Shown here: one piece after another, positions 53,566 to 64,000 of the stretch
Position numbering within the stretch: the stretch's first letter is position 1
How the letters are laid out: each line of letters begins with the position of its first letter
Assembly: GCA_016748015.1 (NCBI GenBank)
Contig: JAAOMT010000213.1
Coordinates: 1 to 64,000, forward strand
From: Geosiphon pyriformis uo1
Lineage: Eukaryota > Fungi > Glomeromycota
Direction: 5' to 3'
Length of the DNA: 64,000 nt
Translations under genes and position numbers: made by a program
Notes under the pieces: model-generated
What the model was told of the DNA's origin: nothing
Seen by the model: only the letters and a program-made list of their open reading frames with translations
Databases searched by the model: none

Positions 53566-55922
53566 GAAATTTAGGAGAGAAAGAGTTCATTTACATTTTT
53601 AACAGTGTTCTCAGTCCAGCAATTGAATTCTGATCTCAATTGACTCATATTCCAATTAGCTGGGCTAGAAAATAGACCTCAAGAATTTTGGCCACTGTAA
53701 AGAAAAAGGCTAAACTTTCAGTAAATTTCCCAGCCAGCACTATGCATTACTCATCCTTGTATAACCTGTTCAAAATTGATGACATACAAGCAAAAAGCAA
53801 GATCACAGATTTGTTGGTTAGATTGAACAGTGCTGATATTGCTGGAATGGCTACCAAAATCAGATTAGCCAACTTACAGGCACAAAGATGGCTCATAGTG
53901 TACTGGAATACCTCACTAATGAACAATCTGGGCCAGGTATTAATCTAATAGCTAATATTATGCAGATAATAGAGGAAAGAGGCATCTCATTCAGGAGCAA
54001 TGGTAACACACATGGGATACCTGATTCATCAAGGACACAGGCATATCTTATTGAGACTATTATATCTTTAGGTACAGCATACACTAAAGTTAGAAGCTTC
54101 CTAAGGAAGGAGAACATTTTGTACTTGCATCAAATACAGAACAAAGATGAGACATTAATAACATGGAGGAACTTCACAAGGAAGTACAGACAAAGTGATA
54201 GTGATAGAATTCCCAGATGGTTTAAGGTTTTGGAATCTACAATCATCATGGATGAGTACAGGAACATTGATGTAGCACAATGCAAAGTATTGGGGATGCA
54301 CAAACTGACTAACCAAATACCAGATGATTTTGAAACAATGCAAAGAGATACCATTTATATCCATATTCCTGACATGTTACTGTCACAATGGAGGGGGGTA
54401 TGAGAGAAGTTAAGATTCAGAAAGGAATTAGAAATATCAACAGATGGCTCAATGGTAGATGCTGGCTCTGAGAATACAAGGAAAGGAGCTGCTTTCATAA
54501 CACATGGAATAGAGACTGAATTTGGTTTAGCAGTTGATCAAACATTATCATCAACAAAAACAGAGACAAAGGCTGTGTTATTGGCTTTGGAAGCAGTACC
54601 TTACAAATGCAAGCTAACCATAAACACAGATAGTCAAGCTGTAATATCAATGGCTCAGAAATGGTTGTCTAAAGATGTACCCTTGTCTGTTAAAAATCAG
54701 CTTAAAACTTTAAACTGGCACACATGGAATGCTATTAGAGCAATTATAAGTGAAAAGAAGATTGATCTTACCATAAACAAAGTGGCTGCTCATACTGGTA
54801 TATTGGAAAATAAGAAGGCTAACAAACTAGCCAAAGAATCTACCACTCTTGACACTATAAGATGGATTTATGATGCTAAGGAGGCTGCATATATTTCCTT
54901 TTGCAGAGAAATTGAATTGGATTTAAATATTAGACATTTTCTGAGCAAACAGACTAGTCTTCAAGCAGCTTTGAATTAGATAGGCAACAACAAAGTCTAA
55001 GAGACATTAGCGTCTTTAGACCAAGACATAAATTGGATGTGCACAACCAAGATCTGGAACTGGGATGGAAAAATGTCATCAGGATTCACCTCAGCTGGTT
55101 CATCAGCTATGCATACATTTCTTATGAAATCGTTTTACAACATGCTGCCAACAGCAGAGGTGCTATACAACTGTCATCCTCTTGTATACCTAAACAATCT
55201 TTGCAAAACATGTCATAGAGAAGTGGAAACCAACCAGCACTTTTAGGAATGCTCTCTGAATACTCAAGAGGACAAGATGCTAATTAATGACGTAAAAAAT
55301 AGGTGAATACAGTGCCTATCACAGGCTGTGGGAGGTGGACAAAAAGCCTTGGACAATAACAAGAAGATTGAGCTGTTCAGTAAATACATCATGTCATCAT
55401 CCAATATAGAACTGCTATGTAAAAGATTAGTTGACAAGCAATTTGAGAGGATCAATGCTTTTACTGACATCGACCTAAAGACTAACAATGATATATTAGT
55501 AAAGATGTGTAAATGGGCAGTTACTCAGGCAAGAAATAGATTGTGGGGAGAACAGTGCAGATTGCAAACTGAATGGAAAAAATCCAAGGGTATTAATGGC
55601 AGAGTCAAGAGGAACCTGCATGATGGCTCCAACACATGTAACACATCAAGGAATAGTAGTAGGAACAGTGGCAAATGCATAGTGAGGATAGGTAAAGCAT
55701 TCACATGGTGTAATAATATATTGACTAATGTTTTGTGTGGTAAGAATACTTTGTGTAGTAGTGTGATACCCCATAAATTTTACAGTTATACTAGCATGTA
55801 GTTAGGCATAACCACTTAGTGGTTAGCCACATCTTGTAATTTATATTATTGGGTGAGTTGGCTTTATGAAAAGGTCATGCTCTGTGAGTATGGCTAAACT
55901 AATAAAAGACCAGCGTGGCTAC

Positions 55923-56190
55923 ACAACTACTTTGTCTTAATGGAATTTTTGGGTAAAAAACAATACCCATTAGAATATACTTAACAGCAAAGAAAACATT
56001 TGCACAAACAATCAAATTTTTATTTGATTCACCAGAACTAATTATATAAAAGAAATAAAAAAAATTTTAACTGTTCCCAAAAAATCATTAGATTTGAAGA
56101 AAAAGAAATTGTGATCTATAACATGTACACTGATTTATTAGCTAGACACTTTAAAAAAACAAAAACAATACAGAAAACCTTAGTTCACTA
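55923..56190 (+). pseudogene. continuation of Gypsy family 2 pol (integrase N-terminus)
   Basis: Resumes the sequence broken at 44147. Confidence 0.88.
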
Positions 56191-56321
56191 TTTTTATTTT
56201 TATTTTTTTTTGTTAACATGTAGTCATGCCAGTCATTTATTAGTTATGACTACAGTAAAGTGGCAATAATACAAAATCACAAGATGCGGCCAACCACAAG
56301 TGGAAAGCCCTAACTACACAC
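56191..56321 (-). mobile_element. tail-only HAL1-like B2 copy
   Basis: poly(T)-gttaac...aagccctaactacac, in tandem with the next tail. Confidence 0.8.
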
Positions 56322-57512
56322 TTTTTTTTTTGTTAACATGTAGCCACACCAATTATTTATTAGTTAAGCCACAGTAATGTGGTGGTTTCACAAAGCCAGC
56401 TCATTCAATAATACAAAAATCACAAGATGCAGCTAACCACAAGCAGAAAGCCCTAACTACATGCTAGTACTACCTTTGCTACCTAATGTATTAAACATAT
56501 CTAATTTATACATCTTACCCATAATGCTAATAAGCTCATAACTATTCTTAACCATACCACTCATCCACTTAGCAGTCTAATCAAAACTGGATTTGATTCT
56601 GGAAGGCTAATCTTCCCATAAGTGCATCATAACATCAAAGGTATTATCATAAACTGAAAAGTCTTTATCTTCATCATCATTATCATCAACATCATCAACC
56701 ATGTTGTTAACATGATCCATTTTTCAAGTAGACCCGTTTACATATTGTCTCAAGACATGTTAATCTTTTTTGCATTATGGTGACAACAGCAGTCAAGCCT
56801 TTATTTTGCTTAGCCAATCCATTCACACATTCCTTAACTAACACATCCATGGCAGATAGAGTAGACAGCAATTTGGTAACCAATGCAACCAGAACACTAA
56901 CAGGTTCAACTAAAGATTTTATTAACACAGATAGTTCATTAAGATGGAATTCAAGAAAAGCCAACCTAGATTCAACAGCAGAATTGGGAACAGAAGGGAC
57001 AGCAGACAACATGGGTGTTGCAGTTTTGGGAAGACCACCAAGATCCAAGTCTATATTAGCAGCAGCAGCACCAGGAGGAACCACAAAAGCAACAGCCTTG
57101 ACATAAGATTTAGATTCAACAACTGAAGGTTTGAAATTTTTGGGGCCACCAAAGGTGTTGGAAGGGAGTTTAGGTGAGAGAGGAGGCAACTTCTTGCAGT
57201 TCACAGCCAAATGATTTAAGTCTTGACACCTGTAGCAGCAGTGACACCCAAGAGTTTTTCACCAGATGCAACAACTACACAAGGTACCAGTTTTTGACAC
57301 AACAACATTCAGAGATTCCAAAGAATCAAAGGTAACCACAGCAAAGCATTGACATTAATAAGATTCAGGGAAGCGAGAAATGAAACATGTATGGCCACCA
57401 ACTTGGGAGACCAAGTTACTTATCTCAAAGGCAGTATAGCTAACTAGAAGATTGACCAACTTAGCTTTGAATGCATCTCTTGAGGAGATAATCTTCTTTT
57501 GGTTGGTGATAG
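56322..57512 (-). mobile_element. HAL1-like B2 3' half, interrupted by a Gypsy 3' LTR
   Basis: ORF C-terminus ...GSTSM*, tail and poly(A). Confidence 0.88.
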
Positions 57513-58141
57513 TGTTACGGGTTGGAGTAACAAGCTAACGGATAGCAAAAGAGAACAGAATTGTAGGGTGATGGAAATAATCAAAGAGGAATTCAACTTT
57601 AAAGAGTGAATTGAATGAGTATGGATTCAATGTGTGAGATCAGTCTCATAAAATATCTCAGTCACTATTCTTTTCAAAGGTAACTGGGAAATCTGAAGGT
57701 AGAGGAATAGTCCGTACTGTCAACAATTGATCACCACTGGTATAATTCTATGCCTTACATCAGCACTCTTAGAATTCAATATCAGATATCAACTTGTGCT
57801 TTTCAGTCACATTTATTCAAATAATCTTCAAATGCTACAATTATATACGTCAAGAAAAAGCCAACAAGTAATCTTTTATCTTTAAAATGTTCAGATACTT
57901 GAAGGTAGGGAAAGGGAAATTAGTGATAAAAGAAGGATTGAGATGAAAGTTGTTATTTTATTTATTCTTGATTATTCAGATGCTTGTTATTACATGCTTT
58001 TCTATAGCTAAGAGATTCATTGCTTATATAGCTATCAAAAGTGGTCAATGATCACTTTCTAAAAATAGTGTGGCTAATCATATGACATCAGTGGCTAATA
58101 CATGTAATAATTAATAAGAAGTATAGGTCTCAACCATAACA
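57513..58141 (-). repeat. 3' LTR (subfamily A, 629 bp; tandem repeats collapsed to one unit)
   Basis: TGTTA...TAACA termini; homologous to 12516-13204. Confidence 0.92.
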
Positions 58142-58767
58142 TCATCCTCTCCAAAGAGATTGAGCTCCAGTGAAATCAAGCTATTTATAGTGTAATCTAT
58201 TTGAAGAGTTTTATCTAACTCAAAGCTAACTAATTTATTGAAGTCTTTTGTAGATAGGGTGTATAATACTTGAGGCAAAATGAGTTTTGTATCCAAGAGA
58301 CCAAATCTTTGTATTAGAGTTTTGGCTCTTCTAGCAATGGTTAAAACTCTTGGAACATCTAATTGTATAATGCCCAAAATTTCTGCCTGTATCTTTGAAG
58401 TTGTTTTCTTCATGAGCTTTATGTCATCTATAATTTCACCAAAGTGACCATAGAGCTCTAATTGTCTTCCATATGACAAGTTTTTGTCTATAGATAAGAT
58501 TTCTTTAATTGTTTTTCCAAGTGTGGTGGAGGGTATGAGTATTGCTGCTGTTATATTTTCTAGCAGATATTTATTCATTTTGTTACCAATTCTTTCTCTT
58601 CTGGTAGTTGTTTTCTTTGGTCTAATAACAGTATGTGTTCCACTGCTATCAGTTATTGTGGTCTGTTTTCTAATAGTCAAAGTAGCATTTAGATAGTTTT
58701 TAATCCAATACTCATGGAGAGCATAGAAGACATTTTGAATGTTTTGATCCAGAAAATAATTGTTTAT
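58111..58767 (-). CDS. extra ORF of unknown function between integrase and the 3' LTR (~218 aa)
   Basis: 189-aa ORF extendable without stops to ATA at 58767, which is ATG in the sister copy (~37809). Ends inside the LTR. Confidence 0.6.
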   Translation of the reverse strand: MNNYFLDQNIQNVFYALHEYWIKNYLNATLTIRKQTTITDSSGTHTVIRPKKTTTRRERIGNKMNKYLLENITAAILIPSTTLGKTIKEILSIDKNLSYGRQLELYGHFGEIIDDIKLMKKTTSKIQAEILGIIQLDVPRVLTIARRAKTLIQRFGLLDTKLILPQVLYTLSTKDFNKLVSFELDKTLQIDYTINSLISLELNLFGEDDVMVETYTSY

Positions 58768-61700
58768 GTCAATTTGAAGATACCTCTGTTTTGAAAATAG
58801 TGCATTTATTTATACTTGATTTTTGTTGATTATTTGAGTCAGTATTACCACAACAGGCAACCAATCAGGTTGTTTGTGATATTTATTGAGTTGTGTGCCA
58901 TGAACAAGTCAATTATTAAAAATTGTTCTGGATTGATCTTGAAGAATATAAGAACCATTGTTCAAAACTTTGTTGACTATAAAGGGTCCTTTCCACCAGC
59001 TAGAGAATTTATCACCATAGACATTGTCTCTGTCTAAACAGTATTCTAATACCAAGTCACCAATACTTAAAAAAAGTGTTTTATAGGTTTTCTTCTTTTT
59101 AAGCTTTTTTTGAAACTGTTTTATCTTTTTAAAAGCAACTATTTGTGCTTCTACCAATGAGTCAAGAATGGTATCAAGTCTTCTTTGCAAAATGTCTTTG
59201 TAATTTGCTATTGTGATCTCTTCAAAAGATATTGTCTCAATGTCAGTTTCTATTGGTAGAGTTGCTATGTGTCCATAGAGCAGATAAAAAGGTTCATAAC
59301 TTGTTATGTCATGATTCACAGTTCTATAAGCAAACAAAGCTGAAGGCAGTACTTTGTCCCATAAGTTTGTTTCTTCACTTGTTTTGGCTAGAGTTTTACA
59401 TAGTGTTCTATTAAAACATTCCACTAAGCCGTTTGTTTGGGGGTGATAAGGGGAGGAAAGTTTGTGACATATTCCCATTTTTCTACAAAGTTCTTCAACC
59501 AGTGTACTGAGAAAAGCTTTTCCTCTATCAAATAAAAGTTCTCTGGGCGAGCCATGATGCCAGATGATATCTTCATAAATGAAATTGGCTATTGAAACTG
59601 CTGTTTGGTCTGAAGTGGCTCTTGCTTCTACCCATTTTGAAAGATAGTCAGTAGCTGTGATAATGTATCTGTTGCCATCAGGGGTTATTGTTAAGGGTCC
59701 AACAACATCTATACCAATCCTGTCAAATGGTTGGCCAACAGAGATTGGATGAATATCTTCTTTTCTATTGGGTTTTCCTCTTCTTTGGCAGGTATCACAG
59801 GTTTTAATGTACTCAGCAATGTCTTTTCTCAAGGTAGGCCATTAGAGTTTTCTGAATTGTTTTTGTTTTTCCAAAGTATCCAGCTAATGGATCAGTGTGC
59901 ATGTTATAGATCACAATTTTTCTTTCTTCAAATCTTATGACTCTCTGGGGGTGGTTAGGATCTTTTCTGTTTCTTTTGTATAGTTGGTTCTGGCAGATCA
60001 AATAGAAATTTGATTGTTTGTGCAAATGTTCTTTACTGTCAATTGTATTCCAGTGGGTATTGTCCTTTACCCAAAAATTCCATTAAGGCAGAGTAGTTGT
60101 CCAAGTCCATTATCGTGTTTGGTTGTGAGAGAATTACTAATAATTAGGTTGGTTTGGTTTAAGATAGTTGTACTGTTACTGAATGGTAAGTCTAGAGAGA
60201 GCATCAGCATTTTGATGATGTGCTCCTTTGTAATGTTGAATGTCATAGTCAAATTTATCCAAGTGGAGTATCCAGCGAGTTATTCTTTTATGTTTCAGCT
60301 TCTTTTTGTTGTATAACCAAACCAAAGCTTGGTGATCTGTTACCACCAAAAACTTTACCCCCAGGAGATACTTATCCCAGTAACTGGTAGCCCAGACTAC
60401 TGCTAAGCATTCCTGCTCAGTAACTGAATAGTTCTGTTCTGCTGGTGTAAGGATTTTACTGGCATATGCTATTGCATGTTCCCTGCTATCTTTATCTTTT
60501 TGTGACAGGACAGCACCAAGTCCAAGAATAAAAGATTGATTCAGATTAGGTTGCTTGAGAATAGGTTCTGTAACCAATTTTTCTTTGAGAGTTTCAAATG
60601 CTTTCTGCTGATGTGTACCCCAGTGGTAATTAACATTTTTCTAAGTAGCTGATTGAGTGGAGAGGCAATTTTGGATAATAAGAAGCCAAACCAAGGAAAG
60701 AGCACAGTTCATGAACATTTATTGGTTGTCTAATGTTCTGGACTTTTTCAACCTTGGCTGGGTCAGGAAAGATTCCATCCTTTGTAATAAGATGGCCAAG
60801 AAATTGGGTTGATTGCCGTCCAAAGAAAGATTTGATTGAGTTTATCTTAAGGCCAGCATTTCTAAGGAGGTCAAAAACCTTTTGCAAATGTTCAAGATGT
60901 TCATCCCAGGTTTTTGAGTACACCATTATGTTATCCAAATAAACCAGAACAAAATTTTTTTTCACTGATTCAAATACTTTGTCCATTAAGTGTTGAAAGG
61001 TGGGAGGAGCATTGGTGAGACCAAAAGGCATGACTGTGAATTCATAGATGCCATACTTGGTTATGAAGGCAGTTTTCTTCCAACTTTCTGGATCCATCTC
61101 TACTTGCCAAAATCCAGCAGTTAGATCAATGGTTGAGAAGAAAGCAGCATCCTTGAATTGATTTAACATTGCATCAATTTTGGGAAGTGGGTACATGTCT
61201 CTTTTAGTGATGGCATTTAATTGGTAATAATTGACACAGAAGTGCAGAGTTCCATCTTTCTTGGATACCATCACAACTGGGAAAGCCCATTCACTCTTGG
61301 TTTTTTGTATGAATCCAAGATCTTTCATTCGTTTTATTTCTTTTTTGATGAACTCATCATTGTGGCAATTGAATTGATATGGCTTTAGATGGATGGGGCA
61401 AGTTTCTCTGGTGGTAATGGTGTGTTGTATCACATGAGTTCGTCCAGGGGTATCACCTTCTTTTGAGATAACTGGGCTGTTTCTAGCCAGCAGATTTTCA
61501 ATGTCTATTTTTCTTTCTTCTGGAGAGGGTTCTCTTTGTTCTACAACTAGTGATTGGATCTCAGGTGGTTCATTTTCAATTCTTCTCTAAGTATCAAACT
61601 GATTGGTTCCCAATCTTTGTAATAGATCAGGCATGATTTGCATTCATCACTTGGAGAATACAAGGGTTGGTTGCACCAGCACTGGGCACAAGAACCATGC

Positions 61701-62749
61701 CACCAATAACAGTACTTGGCTTTCTTGCCAGGTTTTTGGTCAAAGGTTCTTCTAAGGATATCATAGTAGGACCAGCAGATCAGCTTGTCATTCACAATGA
61801 TTCCTTCTTTGTCAGCTTTGACATTGTCCAGTGGCTTGCCATTGCTGGTGAAGGTAGTATATGTAAGTTCAGTGGTTTCTTCTTGTTCCTCTTGTTCTTC
61901 TTCTTCATCACTCTCTTTATCATCTGATTCATCTGATTGTTCTTTTTCTTGATCCTGTTTGTTTGCTGGGAGAGTTGTCCAATGGTGGCATTTAACCACT
62001 ATGGGCTTCTCACCACATCTGATGGTTAATTCACACAGTTCATAGTCAAGTAAGGCTTTTGCTTTCTTGAGCCACTCATTGCCAACAATGATGATGTATT
62101 CCTTTGCTTCAGAAACCTCCATATCAGTTTCAATGCTGATGCCATTGATGTGAACAGGAATAGATTTGGCAATACCAAAACCTTTCTTTTTATTACCATG
62201 TACATTAGTCATAGGTCTGGTGGAAGGTTCGTCAATTTTTCTGCCAATTGCTTCTAAGAAATGTTTGGCAATAACACTCACAGATAATCCACTGTCTAGG
62301 ATCAAGTCAATGAAATAACCAGCCACTTGGGCTTTGCAAATTAAAGGGGCAATGTTGCTGTTGTCAGCAAGTCCAGCTTGACGAGGGCATTTGTTGGTTT
62401 TTGGTATTTTCTTCTTAAGGATCAGAGATCTTTTCTAAACTGTGGATGAGTCATTAGCTGGCCAAAGGTAATATGTGCTGGGGTTTTCATGAAATCTTTA
62501 ACAACAGAATAAGGTCCAGATTTTTGTACTATTTCTGGGGGTTCTAACTTTGGAGGATTCTTAAAAACTTTAGCCTTTGGTGGCTCATTATTATCAGCAG
62601 TTGATGTGGATGGTTTGTTTGGATCCAAAACAAAATCAACTTTGGCTTTCTTTTTCTTCCTTATTGATTCTGTGGTGTTAATTGCTAGTTCATCCATGTT
62701 ATGGTCATCATCAGTTAAGTTAAAGGCGTAAAAAGGGTTTTTTTCTGGT

Positions 62750-62793
62750 TGGCTTGCACTCTCACCCTTTGGAGGTGCGCCTACCAGTTTAAA
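62750..62793 (-). promoter_or_regulatory. putative -1 ribosomal frameshift signal (U UUA AAC + stem-loop)
   Basis: In-frame slippery heptamer two codons before the gag stop; the -1 frame enters pol. Also at 10916-10922 and 41429-41435. Confidence 0.75.
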
Positions 62794-64000
62794 GACTGAT
62801 AAACAGTGGCTTCAACTAGGGGATTCTCTCCAAAGAAATTGATATTGGCATGATTAGGTCTTTGATTGGGGGCGTTGTTGTTAATGGTTCTGTTGTTTTA
62901 GTTATCATTGTTTCTGGGAGCTGGAGAGGGTAAAGGAAGATTGTTGCAATCTCTTGAAAAATGTCCAGTTAATCCACAGCTATAGCACACAGGTGGGCCA
63001 CAATTTTGTTGTCTTTGATAAGGTAGTTACTGAGGCTGATTGAAATGTGGGTCTTTGGGATTGCTGATTATCTCTGACTGCTTGGGCTAATGGTTCTAAT
63101 AGCCAAGCAAGATTTGCTGTGAGTCTATCTATCAACTGTTCATTTGGGTCTTGAGTTTGAGCAGCAAAAGAAGTAGCAGCCATTTGGGGAGCAGGAGCCA
63201 TAACAGGAGCAGGAGCAAAAACTGGAAGTGTGGATCCCAAGTGCATTCTTTGGTTGTCTTCAATTTTTTGGGCAAGTTCAATGGTCATGTTCATTGTAGG
63301 ATTATCTTTTAGAGCCAAGAGAGGCCAAAGAGCATAGGATAAGTTGGTTTTCAATCTTTTTGTAAAGGAAAGAATCTTTTGTTCTTCTGTCCAGTTTCTT
63401 CCAGAGTCCACTTGTTTGATTAACTTTCTGATTGCTTTGGCATATTCAGTTACTACTTCTCCTGGACCTTGAGTTCTTCTTTCCAATTCCATGCACCACT
63501 TGGATATCAAGATTGGGGTTCTGAACTTGTTTTCAAACTGGGTTGTTGTTTTCTCCAGCATTTGCTGGCATCCATCTAATGATTCTTTGATGGGCATTGG
63601 CATCAGTTTCCTGTGAGAACCAGGTGGCAGGGGAGCCTTGAAGGTAGCCACCAACAATTTGAAACTTGTACTCATCATTGTATTGGTTAGCTGTAGCAGC
63701 TCTCTCAAAGTCATCCAACCATTCAATTGGATCTTGTGCATCACCTTTAAATAATGGTAGTGGAGTGTTGTTTCTTCACCCCAAGGCAGTTTGTATACCT
63801 TGAAGAGCAGCCAAGATGTTTGCTTGCATTGGATCTTGGGCCATTGGTTCAAGAGTTACTGTTTGTGTGGAGTGCTCTGATTCACTTGAGAAAATATCAA
63901 AAATAGGGGCAGTTTGGTAACTTTCTTCTTCTGTTTCAAAGGGGTTTTCACCTAGTTGGTGAGCAGCAATCCAAATATGGATTTGGTGATTCAGATATTC

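Larger units (their letters stand above)
50806..53587 (-). mobile_element. full-length HAL1-like B2 element with poly(A) and 13-15 bp TSD
   Basis: CATTTACATTTTTAA at 50791-50805 and 53588-53602. About 22-nt 5' UTR, a single ORF 53565 to ~50946 (one internal stop), LINE-C-type tail, GTTAAC-A(n). Confidence 0.92.
46547..55801 (+). pseudogene. LINE-C ORF2 (APE, RT, RNase H, C-terminal Zn motif), interrupted
   Basis: APE: NVKGL, METK, GDLNE, RLDYVF, TDH. RT: KAPGPSDI, DMKKAYNSV, AFVNDT, YLGV. RNase H: TDGS, TDSQ, KVAAHTG. Zn: CKTCHREVETNQHF. Confidence 0.92.
44148..55922 (+). mobile_element. LINE-C: full-length RNase H-bearing LINE with 12-bp TSD and three nested insertions
   Basis: TSD ACAACTACTTTG at 44136-44147 and 55923-55934. 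ORF1, ORF2 and 3' UTR present. Confidence 0.92.
57513..64000 (-). mobile_element. Gypsy family 2 copy: gag (off right edge), PR, RT, RH, IN, extra ORF, PPT, 3' LTR
   Basis: All pol motifs, GPF/SH3-like integrase C-terminus, purine tract GGAGAGGATGA (58142-58152) abutting the LTR. Confidence 0.93.

Noticed and set aside
52023-53602. Antisense ORFs such as 53033-53602, 52220-52672 and many short ORFs opposite gag/pol
   Set aside because: Shadow frames of TE coding sequence with no motifs.
58111-58910. env gene or chromodomain after integrase
   Set aside because: No signal peptide, TM segment or furin site, and no chromodomain aromatic motif is visible.

Overview
This is a eukaryotic, AT-rich window made almost entirely of nested, mostly decayed retrotransposons. 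I found no host gene. The element types and the heavy C>T/G>A decay suggest a TE-rich early-diverging fungus (Glomeromycotina/Geosiphon-like); this is an inference from recall, not verified. Contents: (i) two Ty3/Gypsy families, with one young copy of family 1 and five copies or fragments of family 2, plus solo LTRs with 4-bp TSDs; (ii) two autonomous RNase H-bearing LINE families, LINE-A and LINE-C (ORF1 with RRM-like domains and a zinc knuckle; ORF2 APE-RT-RH-zf); (iii) at least six copies of an ORF1-only, poly(A)-tailed, HAL1-like non-autonomous element. The HAL1-like element has two subfamilies, one carrying the 3' tail of LINE-A and the other the 3' tail of LINE-C, which suggests a partner or tail swap. 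Other notable signals are split tRNA-Met-complementary boxes in the LTRs, a UUUAAAC -1 frameshift cassette in Gypsy family 2, an extra ORF between integrase and the 3' LTR, and Cys-rich inserts between protease and RT. The assembly has artefacts: an exact Nextera/Tn5 mosaic end at 7148-7166, three N gaps and a gap-flanking duplication. All coordinates were read by eye; boundaries of decayed elements are approximate.
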